Shown here piece by piece: positions 28,858 through 41,959 of a stretch of DNA of 64,000 nt (positions are counted from its first letter, which is position 1; each line of letters starts with the position of its first letter). The DNA lies in contig NC_043004.1 of the NCBI RefSeq assembly GCF_006345805.1, positions 56,358,001 through 56,422,000 on the forward strand, written 5' to 3'. The notes under the pieces were generated by a model that saw only the letters and a program-made list of their open reading frames with translations, made no database searches and had not been told where the DNA came from. The DNA is from Octopus sinensis (Eukaryota). Both the position numbers and the translations under genes were made by a program.

Positions 28858-29167
28858 ATTGGTGAATTGAGGAAATGGAGCTGAACGCAGATTGAACAGA
28901 AATCGTTTTATTTCATTCTACACGTGTTTCGAAAGGCACAAATTACCAAAATCCGATTGAATAATGGGACCATATTGTGTCTTTCTCTTCAGGAAGAAAA
29001 AAGGAAATCCGTTAGAGAAACAAAAACAGAACAGAGGCGGAGCAAAAACCAAATCGAACTATGCTCCTAAGAGCCCATGGTGCTGTTTACTGCTGTGATT
29101 TTTGCTACTAAGGTATCGGTTAACTTTTGATTAATCTACAACAAGATTATTCATCTTTCTATTTCAC

Positions 29168-29168
<1 letters not shown>
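28855..29168 (-). mobile_element. ~310-bp hammerhead-bearing insertion between two (TA)n tracts
   Basis: Unique sequence bounded by (TA)n on both sides; contains a canonical HHR. Confidence 0.6.
28911..28999 (-). ncRNA. Type I hammerhead ribozyme motif (canonical)
   Basis: Minus strand: TTTCTTC-CTGAAGA-GAAAGACACAA...TTGTGCCTTTC-GAAA-CACGTG-TA/GAATGAAA. Long helix II, palindromic helix III ACACGTGT, GUA triplet. Confidence 0.82.
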
Positions 29169-29241
<73 letters not shown>

Positions 29242-29393
29242 CATATATGTATATACCGATGCAGAGAGAGAAAGAGGGAGAGAGATAGACAGACAGAGAG
29301 GGTGGGAAAAGATTTTGTGATTGCTGTTATGCTAGTCAAGTATTGTGCATGTGAACATAATACATATAAGTGTAAGTATGCATAATTTTATAC

Positions 29394-29445
<52 letters not shown>

Positions 29446-29449
29446 ATGC

Positions 29450-29499
<50 letters not shown>

Positions 29500-29604
29500 A
29501 TTATTTATGTAAAGGACACAATACATGTTTATAAGTGCTACTAATAATTTCATATACATTATTTGCAATGGACGGATAAGTGTCCTTACCTTGTTTGTTC
29601 CTAC

Positions 29605-29646
29605 CACAACGTTTCAGCTGAGGTACTCTCCAGCCTGCATCAGGTG
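29605..29646 (-). ncRNA. Minimal type I hammerhead motif with A9C substitution (probably inactive)
   Basis: CAC-CTGATGC-A-GGCTG..CAGCT-GAAA-CG-TT/GTG; palindrome AACGTT. Confidence 0.5.
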
Positions 29647-30085
29647 TTCTGGTGGAATTTCGAACCCAGACATAAACAGAAAGAAGCCCGTCGCATACAC
29701 TTATTTAAGCATGCGTCTAAGTTTTTGTGCTTGTGTTTCTCCCGCAGCATTGTTGACAACCGGTGTCTGTGTGTCCACGTCCTTGTAACCCAGCAGCTAG
29801 GTCAAAGAAAGCGACAGCGTAAGTACAAGGCTTAAAAATGTGATAAGTATTGTGATCAAGTCGCATATGTTTATGTATATGTCTATATGTGTGTGCGTAT
29901 GTTTATGTATGTTTATGTATGTATGTATGTATTATGAATTTTTGTAGATGGAAGAGTGAACTATGATTATAAGTATAAGGTATATGTTTTCTGTTTATAT
30001 TGCAATATGTACACAGTGCTTTTCAAATAGATATATATATTCTTCGGTCAATTTCTTCTATAGATTAAGCATTTAAAGTGTATAT

Positions 30086-30506
30086 AGGCGCAGGAGTGGC
30101 TGTGTGGTAAGTAGCTTGCTAACCAACCACACGGTTCCGGGTTCAGTCCCACTGCGTGACATCTTGGGTAAGTGTCTTCTACTATAGCCCCGGGCCGACC
30201 AATGCCTTGTGAGTGGATTTGGTAGACGGAAACATGAAAGAAGCCTGTCGTATATATGTATATATATATAAGTGTGTGTGTGTGTATATGTTTGCGTGTG
30301 TGTGTTTGTCCCCTTAACATTGCTTGACAACCGATGCTGGTGTGTTTATGTCCCCGTCACTTAGCGGTTCAGCACAAGAGACCGATAGAATAAGTACTGG
30401 GCTTACAAAGAATAAGTCCCGGGGTCGATTTGCTCGACTAAAGGCGGTGCTCCAGCATGGCAGCAGTCAAATGACTGAAACAAGTAAAAGAGTAAAAGAG
30501 TAAGAG
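30086..30506 (+). mobile_element. tRNA-derived SINE, family 1, full length, with 52-bp target-site duplication
   Basis: Identical 52-mer at 30034-30085 and 30507-30558. Head ggcgcaggagtggctgtgtgg; (gagtaaaa)n tail. Confidence 0.95.
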
Positions 30507-30659
30507 TATATATTCTTCGGTCAATTTCTTCTATAGATTAAGCATTTAAAGTGTATATTCCAGAGCTTGAGCTTAAGCTTAACGTGCCACAGATTTTAAA
30601 TACCATGAATTTATATTTGTGTCATTACTTTGTAACAATTATTCCGGCCAAATACTTAG

Positions 30660-31760
30660 TTTTATATATCTTGAACCCAACAGTCTGGTTGACCAGGCAA
30701 GATAAAACGTCTTAATTGCTGGCTATTTATCACTGAGTAAAAAAGTATTAAGAAAACAACCCAGTTTGTATTCATGACGAGTATTCACCACATAAATCTT
30801 AAGAGCGTCAAAGGAAGCACGAAGGTCAATGTATCATTATCCTTTGAATACCGTTCAAAATCTTTGAAGACAATCAGATTATTGAATAAGCAGTCAAAAA
30901 TCTTTATGATACTAATCTTCCACAGAAACATCTAGATGTCATATGTAAATGAGCTGAAGAAAACAGCACGTGATTTACAGCAGGACTATGTCAAATCATC
31001 CGCTATCAAGCAGCACGTGCTAACACGTCGCAAGAAAGATACTTTTAAGGTAAAGGACGGCAATATCGGAATCGAACACAGTGCATGACCCGGAGATTAA
31101 TATGAGTAACGGTGCATTGTATCATGGAAATATAACCAAACCATGTGGCCATGTGCTGATGAATGGCTGCATGGAATCTGAGAACCTCCTGTAACAGTCC
31201 AGGAAACTGTACTGTTCCTTGGAGGACATTTGCCCTCAGTCGTCTGGAATACTACTCTCAGCTATGGTTATTCCAGAGTGACATATTAGAAACAAAACTC
31301 CCGGCAGTTCCGTGGTACTACTCCAAGGAGATTGCTTCAGTGAACTTGAGCTATTGTACTCTCAAGAGAAAAAAACGGGAGACGTATTCCATGACATATA
31401 TATGGAAGATACTAGAGAGGCTGTTGCGAAACTTTGGTGTCGACTGCTATACCAGACCCCGAATAGGACACCAAAGCTCTACTCCAAAGGTCCCGCCTAT
31501 CCCATATACACTGAGGACCAGCTACTTCAAGAGCATGGAATTAAAAGGGCCACCGTAATTATCTTCCCCCAAAATCCGAGTGATCTACATGGAGTGGGTA
31601 GATGTTTTCAAGAATAACTTTAACTTTCTGCTGCTTACTATCCCATATGAACTTACATCATTGCAATAAGCTCAAATGAGGGTAGTAAACTAAACTAAAA
31701 GCCAGACCCATAGGAATCGCCATTGAAAAGATAATCATACAGGCTGTGCTCCACCATTTC
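30660..31760 (+). mobile_element. Highly decayed CR1-type LINE RT / 3' region
   Basis: SRLEYYSQLW and RETYSMTYIWKIL in ORF 31163-31558 parallel the C-terminal region of the element at 46.6-47.0 kb. Confidence 0.65.
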
Positions 31761-33952
31761 CAGAAAATTTAGGGCGAAACACATGAAACAATAAAACTAG
31801 ATTGAAGAATGAAATATTTCGGTTTCCTTTCGATGTTTCAACGTTAGTGAGTTTGTAAATTTGGATATGGATGCAAGCTTTAGGAAAGTTGACCTAGTAA
31901 GAATTTGAACACAGTTTGTAAAGGTGGACGAAATGCCAATAAGTGTACGAATGATTTTACCAGCTCGCTACCTTACTTCATTAACAGCATTCGAATCCCA
32001 TTGGGGATTCGAACGCTGTATTGTAGATAAACTGCATAACTGCTCTAACCACTTTGTCAAAAGACGTCACAACTAATTCAATAAAATAATAGTTACAAAT
32101 ATATTCAGGAGTTAAAAACATAAGTTGTTATTGTTTTAATCACAATACTCTATGAAAACAATTACTCTCATATTCTATTCTATCTGTATCCAATCTTTCA
32201 AAGCATTTTCAAGACAAAGAAAGAAAGAAAAGGATTAATCTTACTACGTGAATATTAATACATTTCTTTATTTTACCAATAGTTGTCTCGATATCAAATA
32301 CTGATTAAACAAAATGTTTTCACAATTTCTTTTTGAACATCTGCTACATTGTTATGATTGTACTACTAGTGCAATTGAATCGATTTACAAATGGTTGAAA
32401 TATATATCGAACTCAGTGGCTTTAGAATATTATTTTAAATTTATATCATTAACTCGAAGACGTGTGACTTGTATTTATGGCATTATGTTCATGATTATAA
32501 GAGCCTGTGTTTAATTCTTTGACCGCGCAACCATTTTTTATCCTTGAGCAAAACACATCATTTCAAGATGCGCCTGTTTACTCATTTGAAAATGAGTATC
32601 AGCCGATGCTGGAGCATCCCCCTGTCTTTCCACCTGTAACATCCTTGATGTGCTGAATCGAGAGCGGGTGAGATGACATCTATTCTCATGACTATGCAGT
32701 CAACTGAAATAATTATCACGATATTTACTTCTAAGTTATACACGCAAGTATGCAACAGCTGCCATTTTGCTTTTATCATAAATAAATGAGAGCATGACGT
32801 AACGAAGGTGACAGATATGTCAAGAGGTAGCGGCTACATGTGGTTATTCTTCATGCTAAAATGATCGACCAAATATCATTCAAATCGATCTCGACTCACT
32901 AAAAATGATACATTGGAAAATGTAGATCATGGTAATGGATCTGTTTTTGACATAGAAAGAGCGATCTTTATATGTGGAACAACTTTGACCAATAGTCTGC
33001 GTATCTAATTTTAATTTACCTGTGACTAAAATATAACAAAATACAAGTTACCCATAAAACGAAGATCCATCCATAAATCCCTCACGACCGCTATAATAAT
33101 ACAGTTAGAAACTTTATAACAAGGACAATAGCAGCTATGACAACAGCAAATGGCGTTGCTTTCAAGTTTTACGAAGGTTTCAATCACGTGGTGCAAAAGG
33201 TTAGATGCTGGCTTCAATTAAAAATAACCGCCACTACCAATCCCGACACCACCACCACCACCACCACAAAAAGAGCAACGACAACATTCATGAAATGAAA
33301 AGATTACGTCATAACACTAAGAATGCATTTGAAAAAATAAATATATCAGCTTAAAGTTTCTTCATCAATATTTTTTCTGCAGAAAAATCAAATGAAAATC
33401 TGAAAAATTTAAGTTAAAATTTATTTGTCCGTGATATATTTTATTGGGGAAACTGATATGAAATACATTTTTTATATTATAGATTTGCATGAAACAAGTA
33501 TAATCATAGCAGAAAAAATATATCATGCATGACAAAGTAGCAGGGCAATAAATTTATATAATTGTCTTAGCCGAAGTTTCGTAAACTGTCGAAGTTCTTC
33601 AAGAATGAAGGATTTAAATATAACCAAATGCATATGTGTGTGCGCGCGCGCGCGTGTTTGTGCGTGTGTATATGTATGTGTGTGTGCGTGCATGTATGTA
33701 TGTATATATGTATGTATATATATATATATATATATATATAAATACATATATATATATGCAATTGTGTATGTATGTTTAAAGAGAGTGAGTGAGAGACACA
33801 GAGAAAGAGAGAGAAAGAAGTGAGAAAGGGAGGGGTGTTTTTCATATTCCTACATTATATCCGCGGTGATTTAGTAAATTCTGTATAAGCACTTACGAAG
33901 ATGTACTTGCATAGCAAGAGATTTGATCTGAGATCGTGTGCAAAAACGAAAA

Positions 33953-34214
33953 CAACTGCAGCGTGGAAGGTGTTTGTAAGCCATTTAAGAAACACAAAAG
34001 CCGTTCGATTCACTTCAACATTTAAGTTTAATTTGTCAAAATATTTTCGTCGCTTTAAGACCACGACCTGTTCACTGACAAAGCACGGACAGTGAACAGG
34101 TCGCGGTCTTAAAGCGACGAAAATATTTTAACAAATTAAACTTAAATGTTGAAGTGAATCGAACGGCTTTTGTGTTTCTTAAATGGCTTACAAACACCTT
34201 CCACGCTGCAATTG
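33953..34214. repeat. Near-perfect 125-bp hairpin (arms 33953-34077 and 34090-34214, 12-nt loop)
   Basis: Direct reverse-complement match with about 3 mismatches. Confidence 0.95.
34032..34082 (-). ncRNA. Minimal type I hammerhead motif with swapped G3:C8 core pair
   Basis: TTTGTCA-GTGAACA-G-GTCGT-ggtcttaaa-GCGAC-GAAA-ATAT-TT/TGACAAA. 7-bp helix I, 5-bp helix II, palindrome AATATT. Confidence 0.68.
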
Positions 34215-35174
34215 TATAAGCACTGAGAAGCATTAAAACTATGTAGAGTAAGTCTCTCAAGCTCTCTTAAAATGAATCTTAAATTGTATTTTTATTATTT
34301 GCTGAACAACAATAAACAGATAAGAAGCTGATAAGGATGTGGAAAGCGAGCGAAAGAAAGCTAAAAGTTCCAGAAGTGATTGCAAGAGAAATTGGCCGAA
34401 AAGAAATGTTAGAGAGGGCAATGAAAATGGAGTAAAGTGAAAAAAAAAAAGAGGGAAAATTAAATGTGAGTATAAATGGGACGACATTGATAGACTTGAT
34501 GACCATATAGATTTCTGAAGGTCAGGGGACTGAACATAGGTAAATATCAGACGTGTGTGTGTGTGTGCACGAGCGTGCGTATGCGTACTTATACGTTTCT
34601 TAAGGCGTAATTAAAATTAAGGGACCTGAATCTGTAAGTAGCAACAGAATCACTTCTGAACCGATTCCTGTTAAATCTAAACGCCACATTACGTGTTATT
34701 GAGCACATAACGTGTAATTCTTCGTCCGCAACCTAAATCCACAATATTGGGGCTCCATCATTGGGTCAGAATTTGTTCCGATTTTCACCGGATCATTGCC
34801 TTGTATTCGTGGTTCGTAAAGTGAATGTATGCTTATTAACAAAAAATACATTTATACACTGAGACCTGGAAATGGAGTCAAAGCAAGATAGCAGATCGAA
34901 GCTACTCTAGAGCGTTCACACTATCCAACAGCTCTCACTCTATTCCACACCTAGAATACGATAGACAACACAGAATATAGAAGACTAAATGTGTCAACAA
35001 CTTCATGAATAACCACAGCACGTAGCGATATGAATTGAGGAGGAATATAATAACAGATGAAAGTGAGAACACATTTCAATCACATATCTACAGTAGACAG
35101 AACATCCACAAACAAATGATGTTACCACCACTACAGTTTTATAACAACAACATCTTCATGTGAAAGACTCTATA

Positions 35175-35365
35175 TGGTAGCAGAAATAGCAGCTAAATCA
35201 CACTCAAATCATTCTATACTACTTCAAATTCTGCCGAGGTCGATTTTGCGTTTCACTCTTTTGAAGTCGAAACAATAAGTACAAGTTGAACACTGGATTC
35301 GATGTAATTGACTCATTCCCACCTTTTCCAAGCTGCCCTTGTGGCAAAAATTTTAAATAATTATT
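35175..35365 (+). mobile_element. Diverged SINE-like repeat, family 2
   Basis: ttcaaattctgccgaggtcgattttgc...aagtac...ctggattcgatgtaattgact matches the family-2 body. Confidence 0.7.
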
Positions 35366-35402
35366 ATAGTTTACACACACACACATATATATATATATAT
35401 AA

Positions 35403-35464
<62 letters not shown>

Positions 35465-35564
35465 ACACATTTAATTTTCTATGTGTGGTACTTATAGTAC
35501 TTTGCCGGATTTCGACTTTACAGAAACCTAAAGAAAACGAAATATTTTTCTGTAACCATGCATA

Positions 35565-36020
35565 AATACATACATACATACATGCATGCATACATACATA
35601 CATACATACATACATGCATGCATACATACATACATACATACATACATACATACATACATACATACATGCATGCATGCATAGATACGTAATACATACATAC
35701 ATACATACATAGATACATACATGCATACGTACATACGTACATACATACATACATACATACATACATACATGCATACATACATACATACATACATACATGC
35801 ATACATACATACATACATACACACATACATACATAGATACATACATGCATACGTACATACGTACATACATACATACATACATACATACATACATACATGC
35901 ATACATACATACATACATACATGCATACATACATACATACATACATACATGCATACGTACATACATATATACATACATACATACATACATACATACATAC
36001 ATACATACATGCATACGTAC
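35565..36020. repeat. (TACA)n tetranucleotide array with TGCA variants
   Basis: Direct reading. Confidence 0.95.
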
Positions 36021-36254
36021 GTACGTATCTATATATGAATGTTTGAATATCTTCGTATCTGCGTTTGTTTCCCACCACCGTTTGACAGCCGGTGTTGATG
36101 CGTTTACGTCCTCTTAACTTAGCCGTTCGGCAAAAGAAGTCGACAAAGTACGTACCAGGCTTAACAGAAGATAAGTATTAAATTAATTAAAAACTCTTCA
36201 AGGTGGTTCTACACAATAGCCGGCCACAGTCTAACGACTGAAACAAGTTAACGT

Positions 36255-36267
36255 ATACATATATAAT

Positions 36268-36357
<90 letters not shown>
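36255..36357. repeat. (TA)n microsatellite
   Basis: Direct reading. Confidence 0.95.
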
Positions 36358-36359
<2 letters not shown>

Positions 36360-36867
36360 AATTAGAAAAACCCCACCTTTTATCAATTTAAAATGAAAAA
36401 TTAAATTACACCATCTAGAAAATTACATATAATAGAAATATTAAGTATAAGATAAAAATAAAAATACTAAACCGATGATTAAGTAATGTGCAAAATAATA
36501 ATAAATAAAATGTATATATATGGTAGAATAATTTCTGATTGCCCTCAGTCGTATTACTGATTAACATAGTTTATATAGATTTGATCTCTTCACAGCCTAG
36601 GCATTGGAGTTAAATATGTTTCGATGACAAGAATTAAAAATAAGCGTGAAACATGTTGCTTTCATGATTTAACTTTGAAAATAAATCTCACACATAACTG
36701 CAATGTTTTATTGTTAAAAAAAAATTGCTTTTTATTGATTGAAAATATACTTGGAGTGGGGTCTTTGTCTTTTAATTGCAAGAATATTTTCAATTAGGTG
36801 ATGCTTTTCATATGATTATATTTGGACACCCTTATACTTTTATGTAGGTATGAATTATATGTATCCG

Positions 36868-36922
<55 letters not shown>

Positions 36923-36926
36923 CTAG

Positions 36927-36957
<31 letters not shown>

Positions 36958-37219
36958 CATATATATGTTTATATATGTATATATATGTATATATATATGC
37001 ATATTTATGTGTATTTATATGTATATATATATTTATATATATACATATATATATATACATATATATGCTTGTATGGACATATGCTTGTATTGTGTATCTT
37101 TGTTTACATATATATTACCCATATTTTATATGTATATATATGTATATATACATACACACTCATATATATGAATATATACATAGACACGTATATGTATATA
37201 TTGTTATATACTATATATT

Positions 37220-37260
<41 letters not shown>

Positions 37261-38436
37261 TGTATATATAGACACGTATATGTACACATTGTTATACACT
37301 ATATATCATACATACATATATATGCATGTATATATATATATATACACTTACATACCTATACACAAATGCATGCTTGCATGCATTTATGCAGATATACAGA
37401 TTGATGAGTATGCGTGAAAATATATGTGTTTGTGTCTTTCTGTGGATGTGTGCGTGCGCGTGTGCCTGTGTGTGTATGTATGTATATGTGCATGCACGTA
37501 TGCCTACATGTTTGTAGGTATGTATATTTGTAGGTAGGTAGTTATGAAAGTATGTAGGCATTTTAAAATACAGAAATCGTTCATAGCTTGGTTTCTAAAT
37601 TCTCTCAGGTTTCTTTCTTGTTATCGTTTCCTATCCTTCCCTTATTTCTCTGATTCATTCTCTCTCTCTCTTTTTCTCTCCCCCCTCTCTCTCTCTCTAA
37701 GTATCATATCTTCTCTATCCTTTACGTCTTCATCTTTTTCATTTACTTTCCTACTCACGCTAAACAGTTACCTCTCCCATCTCTCCTACTCACTCTCTCA
37801 TTTCCTCCCATAAAAATCGCCATAATTCATTGAATTAAGCACAAAAACATTGCAGACGATAAAACTACGCCATTTTTACATGTAAACAGCAGAGTTGTTC
37901 TCTTGCGACTGCAATATTTCTGTTTAAATGAAGGCAGAGCACATTCCTTAATTACGAATAATTACATACCTTCCAAAATATTAAATGTATTTTCAATGTA
38001 GTAATGAAATCGAATGCATTTTTAACTTAGTTAGGTAGGCACCTAATTCTCTATAATTTGGTAAGCTACCCGGATCTGTTAGATGTTTTGTGATCGGTAG
38101 AAAGATAATTTCTACTATTTTATATATTTTAAATTTTATTTAACTATTTCTCTCATAGTCTGGTTTTATGGTGAATATTTCTACATTATTTATTGCACGC
38201 TTTGTAGTTCTAGCTTCACAGAATTTATTATCCCACATTCAATATATGTGTGCTGTATGTACGCATGCATGCTTATATGTATGTATATATGTATGCAAGT
38301 GTGTATGTATGCATGTGTGTGTGTCCGTGTGAATGTGTGTGTTTGGTATAGATGTTTCTATGTCATGTGTATTGATGAATATAGACATGTAGGGCGAGTG
38401 CTTTCTTTGAAAAATATATTTCAGGATGAATATACA

Positions 38437-38470
<34 letters not shown>

Positions 38471-39055
38471 CACATATACACACATATATGCGAGTACTTA
38501 CATGTGTATACTATACATATACATACGCATACATTTCTGCATAACTACATACACACACGCGCACACAAGTATGTATATATATATATATATATATGAGTAC
38601 CGTATATGTGAAGATTTACTATGAAGAGAAACGATGGCTTCTATAATTCTAGATGAAGTGAATGAAAGGTTATGTTGAATGGAATACATTTGATGCTGTT
38701 CTCTTTACAGTATCTGCTTCTTAAAAGATGTCACTAGCTTTGTTTTTTTTTTTGTTTTGTTTTTTAATTCTTATTAGACATTTTGATTTTACTTCAAGTA
38801 ACATTTATATTTTGATTCTGAAAACAACCTTGGCCGTCATAAACAACTAGAAGGTAATTGGTCTTTAGTTATAAATTATGCGTGAAGAATACATCATTCA
38901 TGCTGTTAGTGTTAGTCATTGAGAATGGTGTTCATTGCTATGCAGCGACCAAACGCCACTCATAATTACAGTTCAGTATTTAGTTACCATCCTTAGAAAC
39001 TGTTAGAAATTCATAGAAGAGCGTTGCATTTGTTTAATATATATATAATTGTAAA

Positions 39056-39091
<36 letters not shown>

Positions 39092-39429
39092 ACTGGTTAT
39101 GTTGTTTAAATTTTGTTCTTTAAAGTTTTGATACTGGTTATATTGTTTAAATTTGGTACACGTGTTCTTACTTGCAGTTGGTATAGCTTATAGTACAAAC
39201 CTGCAGAATGTAAGAGATAAATGTTTGGGTGGAATTTGACGATTTCTGATGCCTCCTTTTTTTCAGAAACAGCTTCATGTATTGTTGAAGAGTCAACGGC
39301 GTTTGAGAGGATAACGATTGAAACTGTAGTTCAGAAAAAAATTAGCGGACAATTTGAACAGGAAAAACATCTGAATATTACAAAAACATTTATCTGGTTT
39401 TTTTATACACGCCGGGTATTTAAATGCTG

Positions 39430-39990
39430 ACATCATGACTGTTATTCAATGCTCTCTGAACACTCTAAAGACAGTACGAAGCCACATGGCCAGCTGCAAC
39501 GAACGATACAAAGCTGTGACCGGCAGAGAGAGACAGTACAGGCATTCTGAGTGTGTCAGCATGCTGGAGTGCAACCAATAACCGACGAGCCAAGCGTTAG
39601 ACTCAATCTAAAGGGCTTTATCAACTGTGTCAATCCCTGACTGGAAAATTTGCTGCAGTGAGGCCATATATGGCAGCAATATTCGGATGCTTGCCATATC
39701 TCCGGAAAGAGTCGGAAATGGTTATGAGAGAATTTGTACGACTTCACTAGTTCCAGTTTCTGGCTTCCTAATTCTCCCCAATAGTAATCACAGAGATTAC
39801 TATGTGTAGAACACAGCTGAGAAAGACACCAACCGAGAAAGACACCCCACCAAGAGAGAGACTATGTCCTCTGCGTGCCACACAAAGGCTGAGCTAGTGG
39901 CAAAGATTAAGCAGTTCGAAAATCTTCCCAGGGGCATAGTGAGGAATCCATGCACTAGATTCCGGAGCCATCTTGATTCTGTGGAGGAAC
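39430..39990 (-). mobile_element. Decayed CR1/L2-group LINE 3' region
   Basis: EYCCHIW motif in ORF 39556-39747 resembles the post-RT EY(C/A)xxIW motif of CR1/L2-group elements. Otherwise degraded. Confidence 0.4.
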
Positions 39991-40660
39991 CTAAGAGCTG
40001 TTACTTTGAGTAAACTGATATCTCCTAACCATAATCTAGTTAGTTGCTTATTATTATTATTATTTTTAAGGTACCATTAGTTTTGGATGGAATATCGTGT
40101 TTTGTTTTCATTTATCTTTGTAGTCTCAAAACATATCCGATGTTTTTTAAAACTACAATGCTGCTATATATAGATATATTGCCTTTTTTCAACGGCTTTG
40201 TTTCTAACGAATAATGTTGTTGCTTAATGTCCAGCTCAACATTTTATTATAGCCAACTGTATTTTGACCTCATTGACGTGTATTCTTCTTTTGCTTAGCA
40301 CGGTAGGGTGTAAATTGAATTATACAAAGCTGCTAATTTGGCGAATACGGAATGAAGGCGACTCGCTGTGATTCCTCTGTACTTATAGTCGACAGTGCTT
40401 ATGAGTCAATTGAATCAAATTTAAAGGTATATTTGAACTGATTATAAGGTAAGCTAATTTATTCTGTTTTGGATAGACACCTCAGCAGGTTCCATATGCA
40501 CGCAGTCTTCCATACTTATCAGTACTTTCCTCCAACTTGTTTCTTCATGTGTAAGCGATCAGGGTCTGCATGTAGATGAAGGGTTCCATGTATCGGTAGT
40601 AGCTTTCTTACCTTCCATTATTATATGCATCTACTTATTATTTTATTTTAATATACATTC

Positions 40661-40950
40661 GTGGAGGTACATGGTTAGAGCAGCGGACTCGCGGTCGAGG
40701 GATCTCGGGTTCGAATCTCAGACCGGGCGATGTGTGTATTCATGAGCGAAAACACCTAAGCTCCACGCGGCTCCGGCAGGAGGTAATGGCTAGCTTCTGC
40801 TAACTCTTTCGCCACAACTTTCTCTCACTCTTTCCTCCTGCATCTTGTAGCTCACCTTCGACGGACCGGCGTCCCGTCCAGGTGGGGAACCTATACGCCA
40901 AGGAAACCGGGAAACTGGCTCTAATGAGCCAGGGATGGCTCGAGAAGGAA
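40661..40950 (+). mobile_element. tRNA-derived SINE, family 3 (central domain V-SINE-like)
   Basis: tRNA-like head with gggttcgaatc B box. The gacggaccggcgtcccgtccagg block resembles the V-SINE domain as I recall it. Confidence 0.7.
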
Positions 40951-40979
40951 AAAAAATACACATTCACACACACATGTAC

Positions 40980-41030
<51 letters not shown>

Positions 41031-41679
41031 ACAATACATCCTGTACCATATGTATATGCGTGTACAAACAAGAGATACTCTAAATAGCATCTACAGCAAA
41101 TAAAGAAACTTACTGAACAGTAAAACCATGCCACTTACCTACATTCTTCCGTTAACCCTTAAAAATTCCATTACAAAAAAAAAAAAAAATTAGACATCCA
41201 TATTTAAGGTATTTTTAAGAACTGAACTGAACTTTGAATTTCGAGCGTTACTTTGCCAAGACAAAATATTAAATCCAATTACACCTAAAATAATTAAAAG
41301 TAATAACATGCCCACAGAATACAATGTTTCTATACCAACCTACTTTCTTTTTGTGAACAGCTAAAAATCCACCCCATAACATGAAGGTGACAATCCTAAA
41401 GATACGCACATGTATAAATTCTGAGCAAAAACGCGACCCCAGATTTAATCAATAAAAACTTCACTGCAGCACCTCTCCATCAAAACCCACGCTACAGCCT
41501 AATTACCAAGTCAAAATTATATCACAACTGACAATATACAAAGTGAAGATTAACTTAATGCATAACAGTCCGATGATGGATTAACCAATTTGTTTTCCAG
41601 TGCAGATTTTCTTTTGTGGGCTATACGTCTTTTCAAAATCCATACAAGTGACCGCAAAAACCTGACGTACCCTGAATAT

Positions 41680-41697
41680 TTAATAATAATAATAATA

Positions 41698-41758
<61 letters not shown>

Positions 41759-41772
41759 TAATAATGATGATG

Positions 41773-41817
<45 letters not shown>

Positions 41818-41835
41818 GTAATGGTGATGATGATG

Positions 41836-41869
<34 letters not shown>

Positions 41870-41895
41870 TAATAATAATAATAATAATAATAATG

Positions 41896-41949
<54 letters not shown>

Positions 41950-41952
41950 TAT
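41680..41952. repeat. (TAA)n/(TGA)n trinucleotide array
   Basis: Direct reading. Confidence 0.95.
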
Positions 41953-41959
41953 TGGGGAG

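Noticed and set aside
36520-36660. GTGAAGA...GAAA and GAAA-CATG-TT motifs in an island between (TA)n tracts
   Set aside because: Helix I does not pair and the core positions are uncompensated. Possibly a decayed HHR element, but not supportable.
39177-39430. Splice-acceptor/donor-like signals (ttgcag at 39176, gtaaga at 39209, tttttcag near 39266) around a 69-aa ORF
   Set aside because: Exon phases are inconsistent and the peptides are unrecognisable; such signals are common by chance in AT-rich DNA.
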